Below are positions 49,070 to 62,189 of a DNA stretch of 64,000 bases, piece after piece. Each line of letters begins with the position of its first letter. Within the stretch, counting starts at the first letter, position 1. Below the pieces are notes generated by a model. The model was not told the DNA's origin. It ran no database searches and saw nothing but the letters and a program-made list of their open reading frames with translations. Source of the DNA: Camelus dromedarius (Eukaryota); the NCBI RefSeq assembly GCF_036321535.1, contig NC_087437.1:111354001-111418000 (forward strand). Reading direction: 5' to 3'. A program made the translations under genes and the position numbers.

Positions 49070-49340
49070 CTCCCCTTCCAGCCTCACCTCCTTCTCACCT
49101 GCCCCATCCCCATCCTATTCCTTAGACTACTGCCATGGTCTCCCAACTGGTGTCCATATTTCCATTTTTGTCTTCAACAGGCCATTCACCCAGAAAGTGG
49201 AGAGCCTTTATAACCAGAATTACCTGAAGTGACCCTGTCACCTTTTTGCTCAAAATGCACCAGTGCACCCCCTCTTGCTTAGAATCAAATTCAAAGTCCT
49301 CACCGCGGTGCACGTGGCCCTGGCTGGCTCTCCTACCAGC
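49070..49340 (+). mobile_element. L2 fragment
   Basis: GACTACTGCCATGGTCTCCCAACTGG ... CTTAGAATCAAATTCAAAGTCCTCACC. Confidence 0.8.
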
Positions 49341-49991
49341 CCTCTTCTGCCATCTTGCTTTTCACTGAGACCCTGGTGGGGGACACTTCTGCCTTCCTGT
49401 GGAAGAAGGGGGCTGAGAGGCAGAAGAGGGAGGTGATGCAGATTCCCAGGCTCAAGGACACTTGGTAGGAATGCTTGGGTTTCTCAGATGAAGACTGAAG
49501 CAGGGAAAGTTAGTCAACTAGGAAATCTGAGCCAAGTATTTTGTCATTGCTGCCCTCCTGTTCCCAACAGCAGTAAAATGCCTAAGAGAGAAGACCTGGA
49601 TCAAGACCAAGAAAAGAACCTTCTTCCATCATGGGGTCCACCTGGGTGTGATTGAGGGAGGTGAGTGTCGGGGAGGGGGAATGCATGAGACAGAAAACCC
49701 ACAAATCCACCTGCAGGATTCTGTGGGATGTTATTCATGGCTCCTTGATGCTGTGGCTCCTAGAACTCCAGAGACATGCCCTGCTGCCATCAGCTGTCAC
49801 AGAGCCACCCCAGCCTGGCCCTTTCCCTCACTGGAGCCTCCTCACCATTCTTGGCATCAGCCCCTGTGCCCGAGCATACACTTGCTTGCCATTATCTGGG
49901 TCAATATAAGCAAAGGCCACCACTCGAGCAGAATGTCAGATGGTCATTGGACTTTTGATTTGGCAGAAACACCAGCATGATTTCTCATGCT

Positions 49992-50119
49992 GTGATGTAA
50001 CTACTGTGATGTAACTACTATGTCCCATGAGCAAAAGTGATGTAACTACTGTGATGTAACTACTGGCTGTGATGTAACTACTGGCTGTGATGTAACTACT
50101 ATGTCCCATGAGCAAAAGT
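49992..50119 (+). repeat. Compound minisatellite: six perfect GTGATGTAACTACT units
   Basis: Units at 49992, 50006, 50037, 50051, 50069 and 50087; spacers none, ATGTCCCATGAGCAAAA, none, GGCT, GGCT, then ATGTCCCATGAGCAAAA again. Confidence 0.97.
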
Positions 50120-51779
50120 ACGACTAAGAGTCAACATCACACGAGGCCTTTTTTATTTCAGAAGGTGTTTATTTTCCTTCAGAGGCCAAACAATATCGTT
50201 TTATTTTGTTTAATTACATACACATGAAGAAACCTAAGGAACTAGGGGTAACTTGAGGTTTCTGTAAGCAACAGGGCTTTCTCCCATCTAAAAGGTGGGT
50301 TGTATTCCTGGCTGGACCTGGTCTGTTCTCTGAGTGTGAGATGAGAAGCTTGGGAGATTATTGTCCATTTGAGGGTAAACCGGTGTTCAGCTGGGTCTGC
50401 TGGAATGGGCAGACTCCTGTTTATGGTCAGAGAAACAGGGACAAGACTGGAGCTGCCCCATCCCTTGGAGAAGAAAAGCCACGCCCCATAGCCCAGTCTC
50501 TGCCCTGATGCGTGTATATGTTTGACTGGGCTCCTGGGTCCCCTCCCAACTTTGTCCAAGTAAGATGTGTTTGTGTTTCGCTTTGTGTCAAGTACACCTT
50601 TGCCTCTTCCATAATTTCTGACTGTCTACGGGAATGTTTGAGTCTTTGACTCTTACAGAGGAGGCTATAAACAAGGGTATTGAAAAATAGGATTTTGGAG
50701 GGTCATATGTGATTTAGTGATTTTTCCCTTAAGTTTTAACATTTTGTTACATTCATCACATCAAAGGCTATCACCTTAAATAATTTCCCATTATCTTTGG
50801 CAATAATTTTCAGACCTTTTTTATATAGGCAGTGGAATTTGTTTTTCTCAAAGGAAACTTCACACAGATCTGCAACATATAAAACAGACAAAAGTGCAGC
50901 TTAAACTAAGCTCTTCACAAGCCACTGAGAAGACTAGGGCTTTGACCGACTCCAACCGCTCTGAAACTCTAGCACAAGAACTGAACACACATAAAGATGA
51001 GGACCCCGAGTTGAGGCTGGTCGCTTCCATGTTGAAATGATTAGAAAGCCAGAGGGCAAGGAGGGAGAAGGGTTGAGAGAAAGACCATTGCATTTCCTGC
51101 CACAGAGCCCCCTCCCCACCAGGCACCCAACACACGGAAGAGCCTTCAGGAAGCCACAGCCCCGCTTCCGGGCTTGGCCACCGTGTGGGAGGCGGAGGGG
51201 TGCAGACACACTTGCACATCTGGTTCTGATGACTGAAAACCCATCCATGTGAGAGTGGGTTGAGTTTCCCAGAGCAGCTGTGGCCCCCTTTCCTCTCAAG
51301 AAGTCCTTCTCATCCTCCTGTGAGAAAGGGAAGTGAGTCTGTTCTCCACAGGAAACGTGCTCTCAGTAATGCTCACCATCAAATGAAAACATGACTATCT
51401 CCTTGCGCAAGAGAATAAGAAGCACTTGCAGTGAAGTTGGGATACTGTGAAAACACAGCATTTCCTTCTCCACTTGGCTGGAGCAGACTAGCATTCTGGA
51501 ACCCATTACTCTCTCTAAGAAAGACAGGATGTGTCACTGAGCAAGGGTTTGGCCACATGTTCATGGTGGAACCTTTACAGTGTGGGATAAATTCTCTGTG
51601 TCTGAGTTCTCTCAGCTAGAAAGCTAGGAGCAGAGTTGGGCTCAAACATTCCAGAATTTCTGATAACAGAGCACACAAGCCTCAGGCGTCAAATTCTAAT
51701 CTCCTTAAGGCACTTGACTCTAAGGCTGGCAGAGAATGAGCTTACCTTCTGCTACTGGTCTAAATCCCTGTAGGTCAGG

Positions 51780-52130
51780 TGTGATGTCACCCTGATGTGT
51801 CCACTTGGCTGGGCCATAGCCCCTGGTGATTTAATCAAACTCTAATCTAGGTGTTGCTGTGGAGGCATTTTGTAGATGTGCTTAACACGTACAATCAGTT
51901 GACTTTAAGCAAGGGGGGGGGGTTACCCTCCTTAATGCAGGTGGGCCTAGTCTAATCAGGTGAAGACCTTAAGAGCAAAAGCTGAGATTTCCCAAAGAAG
52001 AAGAAACTCTGCCTCAAGACTGTAACAAGGAAGCACTGACTGAGTTTCCAGCCTAGTGGACTTCCCTACAGATTTCAGACTTGCCAGCCCCTACAGTTGC
52101 GTGAGCCAATTCCTTAAAATAAATCTCTTT
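51780..52130 (+). mobile_element. ERVL LTR, MLT2D-type (3' truncated)
   Basis: TAATCAAACTCTAATCTAGGTGTTGCTGTG ... ACAATCAGTTGACTTTAAG ... GTGAGCCAATTCCTTAAAATAAATCTC. Confidence 0.92.
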
Positions 52131-52543
52131 ACGTCGGGTAAGCGGTCCTAGATCACATCATCCCTAAGAAACAGAGACAAGATCAGAGCCCAGATCTCCC
52201 TGGAGTCATACTTCATTCTTGTCCTTCCCATCATGACACACAATGCTTCAGTTTTCTCCTCTACAACCTGAAAACTTATTATAAAATGAACTTTCCTTTT
52301 GGAATTTTGAGATTACTCCAGCTGAACAGCATTTTTCACTGTGGCCTTAGAAATGAGTACATCTAATGTCATAACCCAATACATCCATATGCACCCAGAC
52401 ACATTCAGCAGGTAACAAAACAAAAATGTCCCGAAATGATATTTTTCAGGTACAATCCCCTTAGAGCATTTTTATTCTATTTTACTTCATTAAAAAAAAA
52501 AGTTATATTCATTCAATCACTTGTGTGAGCCAAAACTGCCCTT

Positions 52544-53025
52544 TGTGGCAGATGTGCGCAGCGTCCATAACACATCTCCTTGAGCCACCTCTGACTTCAG
52601 TCACAGCCATGGTGGAAGGTTCTGTGTGAGCCCAGGCCCACTTCACTCTTGGCATCCCACTCCAGATCTGCTTTAACCCCTGGGGGCTTGTGGTTGTCCC
52701 TTTATCCCCCACACAAAACAGGCTGGAAGTGCAGGGGACTGAACACACCCTGGGGATGGCCCTCAGCCAGTGGGGAGAGAAGGTGGTAGACAGGAGGTCA
52801 GCCTTCCACCCGTGAAGCAGAACATTGGGAGAGGCATTCTGTATGCATCCCAGGAGGACCCCTTCCAAGGAGGGTCAGGCCCCTCCCCCAGCATTGACCT
52901 TGATAATGCACCCAACATGAGCTCTTCCCCTGTTCCTCGCCCTGGCTCCTGGATGCTTCCCAAACCAATGAATTGCCCCAAATCTAAGCCTTAGTGTTAC
53001 TTTCAAGAAAGTCCAAACCAAGACC
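52544..53025 (+). mobile_element. ERVL LTR16-family LTR
   Basis: TGTGGCAGATG, GGCTGGAAGTGCAGGGGA, CCTCAGCCAGTGGGG, GAGGCATTCTGTATGC and CCAAACCAAGAC. Confidence 0.75.
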
Positions 53026-53264
53026 CTCCTCTTACTGCAAGAAACATCTTTGTACCACCAACAGATGGTGACCCAGTATTTCCTGGTGTCTCCAGGGGTG
53101 ACAGGAGCTCCTGTTGTCTCAGCTAAGTCTCTCCATTGCTGGACAAGTGGACAGAAGTGAGCTGGGGTATCCAGGGCTTTCCACAGGTCGAGCACTATGT
53201 ATTCTTTTACTCTCCTTGTTAAAAAGTAGTTGCATTTTTTTAAATAAGTTAAAAACAGGCAAAT

Positions 53265-53710
53265 TAATTTTTATTAATTTTTGAGATACTTACAAATTAT
53301 ATAATTCACTCATTTAAATTGTACAACTCGATGGTTTTTCATATATTCACAGAGTTGTGCAACCATCAACCCAATCAGTTTTAGAACATTTCCACCAACT
53401 CCCCCCGAAAACCGGTACCCATTAGCAGTTACTCCCCATTTCCCACCAACCACCCAGCCTGAAGCAACCACTAACCTACTTTCTGTCTGTATGTATTTGC
53501 CCGTTCTGGATGTTTCATGTAAATGGAGTCATACAGTCTGCGACCTTTTGTGACTGGCTTCTTCCACTTAGCATCATGTTTCCGACGTTCATGCACATCG
53601 CAGCAGGTGCCAATGCTTCAGTCCTTTTTGTTACTGAATAGCCTTTCATTGTATGGGTATACCACATTTTGTTTATCCATTTCTCACTTGATGGACATTT
53701 TGGTTGTTTC
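53265..53710 (-). mobile_element. L1MB-type 3' end
   Basis: TATATTCACAGAGTTGTGCAACCATCA ... GCAACCACTAACCTACTTTCTGTC ... TACCACATTTTGTTTATCCAT. Confidence 0.92.
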
Positions 53711-53711
53711 A

Positions 53712-53970
53712 AAAAGTCATTTCTTATGTTGAACTAAAGTTCTGTTGAACTAATTCTGCCTTAGCTTTGACCTTGCAGGTGAACCCATGACAAACATCCT
53801 CCTTCTTCAGTGGGAACCCTTCTAACATGTGGAAGTTCTCCACGCTAACCGTCCACAGCTGCTGATGTGGTAGATGACCCATAGACCACGCCCACCTCCC
53901 CACACTGATTATAGAACAAAGTCCAGCTTTACCACAACCTCCTAAAGGTGGGATGGTCAGAACAGAGCAT
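53712..53970 (-). mobile_element. Possible L3/CR1 remnant
   Basis: AAAGTCATTTCTTATGTTGAACTAAA ... CCCTTCTAACATGTGGAAG. Confidence 0.45.
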
Positions 53971-54577
53971 CATAGCAAGCACTTATCCTTTTAACTATTC
54001 ATTTATTTTATAATTAATGATAAAATGACAAGCTGAATGGGAATTACACTAACAGGCTCTGTCCAATAGAGGACACATCTAATTTATTATTATTATTACT
54101 ACTATTACTAATACTATTATTAATACACTCTGAGAAAACCAAGTCAGGGCCCAATTACTGCAGTGACATTCCCCCGGGTGAGTAGGAGGGCCCCACTGCA
54201 GTAATAAAACCGTTCACTCAGGAAGCCTTTGTGAAGTGACTCCATGACTTTCTTTTCTCAGCTGCGTAAATATGACCACATAATTACTTTCAGCAAAGGA
54301 AGGAGTTTGACAGGGATAGGCCTGCTACCCAGCGTCCAAGAGGATGAAGGGGATGGAGGAGGAGGAAGGGGTGAAGAGGGTCCCACGACTCCTTTGTGAC
54401 TCCTCCTCAGCCCTGATCTTTCTAGCTGTATTATTTTTGCTTCAGGAGTTTATCTTCCCAAATCAAAACAAGGCTCCCATCTTCAACATGTCCCTTGTAT
54501 CCCACAGAGGGCCTGTGACAGCCCCTATGAACCAAGTGTGTTCTCAGTAAACACTTTTGGAGAATAATAGATAATGA

Positions 54578-54753
54578 GGGATGAACTGGCTAGATGGGTG
54601 GATGATGGATGGATGGATGGATGGTTGATGGATAGATGGATGGATGGGTGGATGGATGGATGGCTGATGAATGGGTAAATGGATGGCTGATGGATGGGTA
54701 AATGGATGGATGATGGATGGTGGATAAAAGGATGGATGGCGGGGTGGTTGGAT
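54578..54753. repeat. Degenerate (GGAT)n microsatellite
   Basis: Direct reading. Confidence 0.95.
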
Positions 54754-55084
54754 GAAAAGAGGAAGGGAGAGAAGGAGGGATAAAAACACACAACCACAAA
54801 CAGAATCATCACCTCAGAGGTTAATCAAAAGCTTGTGCTGAGAAGCAGCTAGTCTAGTTTTGAGCGTGGTCAGCTCCTGGAGGCTTACCCTGCCTCTTCC
54901 AATTGGTCAAGGAATGTGCCTTTTCCATGTATCCCTGTCTGTTTCAGGCCTCCCAGTAGCCTGGGGGAAACTGGGTTGCTTATCTTAACAATTCAGATAA
55001 TGTGCATGGAAGTCTTTGTAACTATAAATACCCATTTCTGCCCTGACCCTTCTCAGGACTCTGAGGAAGCTGAGGCAGAAAACT

Positions 55085-55260
55085 GAAGATTAAAGAACAT
55101 CAGATGGTTAGAGGAGGCTTAAAAAATGGGATCACCTTGCCTAACTACCTCTGTACACATGAGGAAACTGAGGACAAAAGGGAAATGGTTACTTCTCCAA
55201 GGCCATTCGAGTAGTTAATAATTGGTCCAGAATTCAGACCCCATTCACATGATTCCTACT
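55085..55260 (-). mobile_element. MIR-family remnant
   Basis: TACACATGAGGAAACTGAGG ... CCAAGGCCA ... CAGAATTCAGACCC. Confidence 0.75.
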
Positions 55261-55954
55261 TTCTTTCCCCTGGATTTCCTCTCTAACATCCTTGCTGGAC
55301 CATTTCATAAAGAGCAGCATTCATCTCAAACCCACTGCCCTCAGCCTTTAATGACAAGTTCCTAGCAACCCCAGCAGAGCCCGGATGAGGACTATATATT
55401 CTCTTCAGTTCCTTATTCTGAGCTTGTCGACTAAACGGTAAAGTCTCTGGGCTCCTTTCAGATCCATTTCTTCCAGAGTGTCCCCTAGCTCCCAGTCTGA
55501 CCCAATGGCAATGCGTCTGAGATTTGCTGGTGCGAACGGGTGCCTTGGAGAGCCTTTAAGAAGCAAGTGACGTCTTGGATGACGCACCACCTCATTTCAG
55601 GGCTTGGTGGGCTTAAAAAAGCTCTTCCAAATCACTCCAATGATTTCCCCTGGTACAGATCTGGCCCAAAATATCCAACAGACCATTCCCAGTGCACTTT
55701 TCAAAGCTTAGATGCTGCTAGGATAGTTACCTTCTTGGGAAATGCACCTGTTATTGTAGAGTCAGAGTTAGCACTTTCCTGTTTTAGCAGATAAAACTGC
55801 CCCTGTTCATTGGGGTAGGGGGTGAGAACTCACCTAAACGGTACCCCTAACTCAGCCCTGACATGAATGCTTTTTGCTCCAAGGATTCTTCAGACTAGAG
55901 ATGCACCTCACTTCTGCCTCATTTCTGCAAGCACGTGGGTTTGCGAGTCAAAGA

Positions 55955-56110
55955 CCCGGATGGTGGTGAAACTCAGTTCCCGACTGTGTGAGGTTGGGTG
56001 AGGCACCTAATCTGTTTGAATTTTAGTTCTTCTTCATCTGAAGCAACAACCGTAACAACAGCTCTGTCGCAGGCTGGGATTACAAGCAGTGAAAGAATCA
56101 TTTAAGTCGA
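55955..56110 (+). mobile_element. MIR fragment
   Basis: CTGTGTGAGGTTGGGTGAGGCACCTAATCTGTTTGAATTTTAGTTCTTCTTCATCTG. Confidence 0.65.
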
Positions 56111-56116
56111 AAATAC

Positions 56117-56592
56117 TGCCAAAGGACAGATCATTCAATGACACTTGTGAAAGCACGGTAAGGAAGACTTTATTCAAGGCGGGCCATGACAACAGGCGTA
56201 GGACCACTGGAGTGGGGAGAAATTGAACTCATCTCTGTGTACCGCATGGGTAAATGGGATTTCGGAACCAAGGAGCAGGATGGGGGGGGGGGGGTGGTCA
56301 GTGGACAGAAAATGACTTAGAGGAAACTTGAGGGGGTAAAAGGGGATTCTTGCTAAACAGACCAAACAGGATTCTTGCTGCAGGCAGGTCAGAGTGATCA
56401 GACATCACCTGGGGGGTGGTGGAGGAGGACGCTCAAATATCAAAGATAGGGGATTCTGGTTAAACTGACTTAGCAGGATTCTTGCTAAAACTGGACAATG
56501 CAGAGACCAACTTGAAAATCCAAAAGTCAAGGCCTAGTTGCAGAGTTCAATGGCAACTGAGTACAGTTTGGTAGAGGAGAAAATCTTTGTCT
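56117..56592 (-). mobile_element. ERV1 solo LTR, MER31-type
   Basis: GGTAAGGAAGACTTTATTCA, repeated GGATTCTTGCT, TGATCAGACATCACCTGGGG and AAAAGTCAAGGCCTAGTTG. Confidence 0.9.
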
Positions 56593-58910
56593 CTACAAAT
56601 ATTAAATATCTTCCAATTTGGTTCCTGGGGAAAGGTTGACAGCAAAAGGCGAGTGAAGGGAGAAACTGAGGCACAACCACCCTTAGAAACCAGCCCAACA
56701 ACTGGCTTTCCAGCCAATCCCACCCCGCCTATGCCAGAGGGCACACACTGCAAAACCCTTCTTCCCCAGGCCCCAGGTGCCATGAAAAGTCCCCTCAGGA
56801 TTTATTTTACGCTTTTAGGTTGTGCACATAAGGAAATAGTGGAGCAGAGACTAAATGGTTCAAAATTGCACAGTAAATCAGCTGGGACACATTTGGGGAT
56901 CCCCTGGCCTCCCAGGTACTTCCTACCTGAACCGCAGGAACTCAGGATGCCGCGTGATCTTCGCCGGGAGACCCCAGCTGGAGTCTTCCTTCCCTGGCTC
57001 GGGATTTTGCATCACGTTTGACAGGCATTCCGAGGTCCTTTGGACTACAGGTATGTTTAAAAATACCCTTCTTTTTAAAAAGCCAGCTGTTAATTCCACT
57101 CATTTGTCAAGGAGGCAAAAAGATGAACTTGATTTAACATATCAAAGGAAGCTGAGTTTCCCCTTTTCACCTTTCAAGCCACCCTTCAGCTAGGACGCAG
57201 CAGGATGATGCAAGTTTACCTTGTGAGTTCCCTTCTCACCATCTGTGCTCCCCAACACTTCTCAGTTAAAACAGACATATGGATTGAAGAATTCACCCTA
57301 AAGAGGAAAAAAGTGAGAGTCAGGCAAAGACGCGCTGAGAGGAAAATTAGATTTCAATGAAAAAATGAGCAGAGCAGACTGTGCGTGTAGAGAGAGCAAG
57401 CTGTCAGTCATCACGTGCTGGTTAGTTGTCAGTGGGCACAGCCTTGCGGGGTGTTGAACCCCAAGGGACCCCGCTGGTGGGCATTGGACCGTGTCCTGCT
57501 GGTCGGGCAGAATCTATCGAGTCCACCCTCCCCTGCTCAGCCTCCAAGGCCTCACTCTGGTTTACAATTAAACTTTTCAACTTGGAAGAGAAACATCAGG
57601 GACCCAAAGGGATTGATTCAGAGGCCCCATGGAGGTTAGCCTGACGACAGACAAGAGAGGCCATGAGCTGGAGGGAAGGGCAGTCAGAGGGGGGAGGTCT
57701 GTGTGCCCGTCTCAGCCCCCAAGGCTGGGGCAGGGTCTCAGCCGTGTTAGGAACCGGCAGGCTGTGGGAGGGGAGACAGAGAGACAGGTTGGGAAGAGAT
57801 GAGAAAGGCAAGTACATAAAAAGAAGAGGGGAGTGAAAGACGAAGGAAGGCGGGGGAGAAAGGGATCATTCGAGGTGCACAACTGAAAGCGAAGGTTCTC
57901 ACAAGACTTATGAAACCAAAACCACACAAACTTGCTTCCAATTCTCATTTTCTAAAATTAACAGCGGAGTTTCAGAATTAGCCTAGATTCTGAATACAGC
58001 GTTAAAGGGCTCTACTTTTTTTTTTTTTTTTAATGTCTAAAGGGCATCCTGCCTAACTAAGTGCCTGTATCTTCTTCTGTACCCCAGACCCGCTCCCCAA
58101 ATCCCTGCGGCTCCCCTCCTTTCCAAAGTGGTTTCTGGACATAAACGAGGCTGACTTTTTAAAATCTTTTTAGAAAATTAATATTTGTTCTGCGTCATTG
58201 GCTTGTTTTGGCTTTTCTAATGAGCTGATGAGACACTCTAGAGTGAGTTCTGCAGATATACCCGTTTCAACAGCAATTTGGAAAGTCAGTGTGAAGCCAG
58301 AAAGAGCCAGAATTTGATCTAAGGAAGGAGAAAGGTCATTGAGTAGAGGAATGTGAGGCAAACTTTAGCCATCCTTTACGCATGAAAATTTAAAGCGTAT
58401 CAATTTTCAGTCAACAGGCTAAACCCTGGTCTCCTGTTCTATTCAATAGTTCTCTCCCCTAGGGATTATCTTGTGTTTCAGGTATTCTCTTACTTTTAGT
58501 CCTTTCTACCTTCAGCTGAAAATCTTGCTCCAAAGGTACGGATGAGATTAAATGACGATTCGAGGTTTCAAAAGGACTCCCAGTAATTCTTAACTCCCCA
58601 AGGGGCTGACATCTGATCTTCCAAAGGCCTCTGCCCGAGCACTGGCTCTGGGGACTGGCAAGGGCATCTGCCTTCAACCCACCACTTAACAGATCAGGAA
58701 ATAGTCACAAGACTGGAATGCAGAGCAGCCCCTTAACATATTCAAGTGCAGACAGCCGGAGTCAAAGTGAAGACTAGACCTTAAGACTTTCAACCCCTAT
58801 CCTGCGTTCATGCATCTCACCACACTGCCCTCCTTCAGAGAACAAAGCTTCAGCAGCAGCCTCCCAGAGGAACATCTTAAGCCAAGAGGATGGCATCTTT
58901 GCGTTTTAAA

Positions 58911-58936
58911 CACACACACACACACACACACACACA
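58911..58936. repeat. (CA)13 microsatellite
   Basis: Direct reading. Confidence 0.97.
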
Positions 58937-59499
58937 GGAACTCTATGTCTGAGGGGTAGGTAAAGACCCCTGAGTATCAAAAAGGAAGCAGAAATTTGGA
59001 AGTTCTCAAGATCTGGAGATCCTAGAACCCACGACAGCAGGGATGTGGGTGGGACTAAAATCGGGGTCAGCATGAGGAAAAGCTCCCAGATCAATGCAGC
59101 CAGGGGACTGTCCCTTCCTAACCTGACAGCAAACTGCATTAGAGTTTATGCTCTGGGGAGGTTGACCCCAAGTAACTTTGAGTAGCAGGGTGGGATGAAA
59201 AGCCACACTGAGAAAAAAGAGGTTAGGTGAAGGTCAACACATCTTTTCCCTCACTCTTGAGTTCCCAGATATTGGGATCCAGGTTTATACCCAAACCCAG
59301 GAAAGAGATTGTAAATTCCTCACTGGGGAAACTGTACTGCCTAATGGGAAAGGCCACTGGACACTGACACTTGGAAATCCCTAATGAGATGACAGGGTTC
59401 CTGGCCAGTGCCCTGGGAGCAGGTCTACCAGTCAGTGGGCCTGACCCATGCACAACAGAGCTCCTAGTCCCAGTGCAGTTTTGTGCTTTGCTCTCTTTT

Positions 59500-59650
59500 T
59501 TTTCCAAAAAATTTTGGTGAGATTCACATAATCTAAAATGACCATTTCAAAATGAACAATTTTGTGGTAGTCAGTACATTCACAATATTGTACAACTAGC
59601 ACGTCTATCTAGTTTTAAAACATTTCATCACCCCAAATGGAAATCCCTCT
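59500..59650 (-). mobile_element. L1MB-type 3' terminal fragment
   Basis: AGTACATTCACAATATTGTACAAC ... AACATTTCATCACCCCAAA. Confidence 0.85.
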
Positions 59651-59689
59651 TTTGACTAAAAAGGGACAACCACGGGGTCACTAGGAACC

Positions 59690-61840
59690 TGATGGAAAAC
59701 TTCTAGCATAAATGACAGATGGAAAAAACCACAGACAAGAAGAACTCAAAGGAGACAGAGGTTGACCAGAGTAGAAGAAAAAATTTTAAATAAAACTTTC
59801 AAAAGTTCTCCTCAGAAAGATGAAAAGGTGTTACATATTTGAAACAAAAAGCTGATGCTAAGAAAAATAGATAATGTTTGTAGAACATATAGAATGAGAA
59901 AAAGCTCTTGGAAAGTCAAAGTATAAGAGAAAAAAAATTTTTTAATTAATAGAAAAGAAAAAAAATTGAAGAGTTAGAAGATAAAGTTGAAAAGATCACC
60001 CAGAGAGAAGCCAAAGAAGGTAAAATAGGAAAGAGGAGATAAGGTAATTAAAATCTGATCTAATCTGAGTCAGTCTAAGTGAGCCAACATTGAATAATAG
60101 GAGTTTTAGAAAAAGAGAAAAGAGAATATAGAGAGGAAAATGTTGTTGAACAAATACAGAAAAAAATTTCCAGCTGCAGGCATTTATCTCCAGATTGAAA
60201 GGGCTACATTCTTCTTCAAAGAACAAAAAGGAGACCCACATGAAGGCAAACTGTTGTATACATTAGAAGAGCTGGCACAAAAAAATACCCTAAAACTTCA
60301 AGAGAGGAAAAAATAATAGGCCACATATAGAGGATTTGGAATCAGAATGGTATTAGACTTTTTAATAGTAATAATGGAATCTGGAAAAGAATAGAACAAT
60401 GCTTTTAAAACTGATTAAAAATTATTTGTGAACTAAAATTTTATACCCAGCTATGTTAGAGTTCTCCAAAGAAACACAACAAAAAAGAGAGATGATATAG
60501 CTCTAGATGACATAGATGCAAATGTAGGTGGGAGGTGATTTCCTACAGGAATTGGCTCATGCAGTTATGGGGGCTAAGTCCCACAGTCTGCCATCTACAA
60601 GCTGAATAACCAGGGAAGCCAGTGGTATAATTCAGTCTGAGGCTGAAGGCATGGGAACTTAGGGACCACTGGTAAAAGTCCCAGAGTTTGAAGGCCTGGG
60701 AATCAGGAGCTCTGATGGCCAAGGGCAGGAGAAGATAGACATCCCAGCTCAAGAGGAAAGAGAGGTGAGTTTCCCTTCCTTCACTTTTCTGTTCTATTTG
60801 GGCCCGCCCACCTTGGTGAGGGTGGATCTTCTTTACTCAGTCTATTGAATCAAATGCTAATCTCATCCAGAAACACCCCGACAGACAAGACACACCCAGA
60901 AATAATGTTTTACCAGTTATCTGAGCATCCCTTAGCCCAGCCAAGTTGACATAGAAAATTAAACATCACACCAGCCAACCTAGCAATCGAGTTGGTGGTA
61001 GAATGAAGTTCTTTTCTGACATTCACAGACTCCACCTACCAAGATGCTGCACCAACAAGAGGAAGTAATTTTTTCAAAGAAGACCATGTGAGGCCAAGGA
61101 AACAAAGGCGCCAACGTGGGAAAGAGCTGAAGGGAACGGTCATGGTGGTAATGAAGGGAAATCCTACTACGAGTGTGAAGGCAAGGGACAGAATTGGTGT
61201 CTGGAGTCTTTCCAGGGGTCAGTCTGGGGTCTTTCTGGAAGCAAGTCAAGAAATCGTCCAGGACAGATATATCTAAGATAAAAATGGAGCTTGATGTACT
61301 GATAGTCACGGGAATTTAAGCTCTGGTAGAGATAACAAATTAATGGCAAGTACACAGAAAGTTAAGCAAAATTTTAAAAATAAGGCAATTACTAACTCTA
61401 GGAAAACAAAAGCTCTGTACAAGAAAGAAAAAGAAATCATGATCAGCTCTGTGGTTCTTCTGTGATTATATTTACATGGTCAAAAAAACACAAACCCTGA
61501 ATACTCTTTGACCAAACATTGTTTCATATATATATAAATAGGATCTTGGGAGGCAGAGAAGTGTAGGTGAGTACTGGGGGAGGGAGGAGTGGGGTATAAG
61601 AACATCCAAAGTAGAGAAATCAAAGAACAGAAATATACACATATTATTTAGAAACACAGAGGCAAGCCATAAGAAACATCTTAAAACATTTGGAAGTATT
61701 TGCCTCAGGGGAGGAGAAATTAAATATAAGGGGAGACGTGGGTCAGGGGACTGCTGTTTTCAATAGAAGCCTTTTAATACTGTTTGACTTTTTAAACTAG
61801 GGCTATGCATTTCTTTAATAGAGATACAGATTAAATTTTT
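59690..61840 (+). mobile_element. HAL1 (half-L1, ORF1-like) remnant split by an MLT2 LTR
   Basis: A-rich ORF1-like sequence (TTAGAAGATAAAGTTGA, TCCAGATTGAAAGGGC, GGAATCAGAATGG, TATACCCAGCCAA) not followed by ORF2; 3' GGGGACTGCTGTTTT. Confidence 0.75.
60452..60970 (-). mobile_element. ERVL solo LTR, MLT2B-type
   Basis: GAATTGGCTCATGCAGTTATG ... CCAAGTTGACATAGAAAATTAAACATCACA; perfect 5-bp TSD CCAGC (60447-60451 and 60971-60975). Confidence 0.93.
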
Positions 61841-62189
61841 ACAAAAACCCATTACTGTAACAACTTGGCCCGCCAACGTAGCTGTAACGTACTGAGTTAT
61901 ACACAATGTCATGTGATGGTCTTCCTTCCTATACACAATTCACCAAGAAGAAATGCTACTCACTGTCAAGTCTCATTCCTGAAAGATGTGACCTCTTTTT
62001 CAACCCTGAGGAAATGGAGCCACTAAATACAAGTCAAATCCGGTTACAGTCAAAATCCAAGTGAAGTGCAGCCAAAATATTTGCAAGCCCCAGGTAATGG
62101 CCCAGTTACCCAGCATCGTTTGTTGTAACAGCATTTTGGAGCATTAAAAAAAGAGTGGTTGCTTCCACTCTGGGCTCCTACAGCATCCT

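Noticed and set aside
49992..50119. CRISPR-like repeat-spacer array
   Set aside because: Repeats are 14 bp, spacers are absent or reused, there are no cas genes, and the context is mammalian
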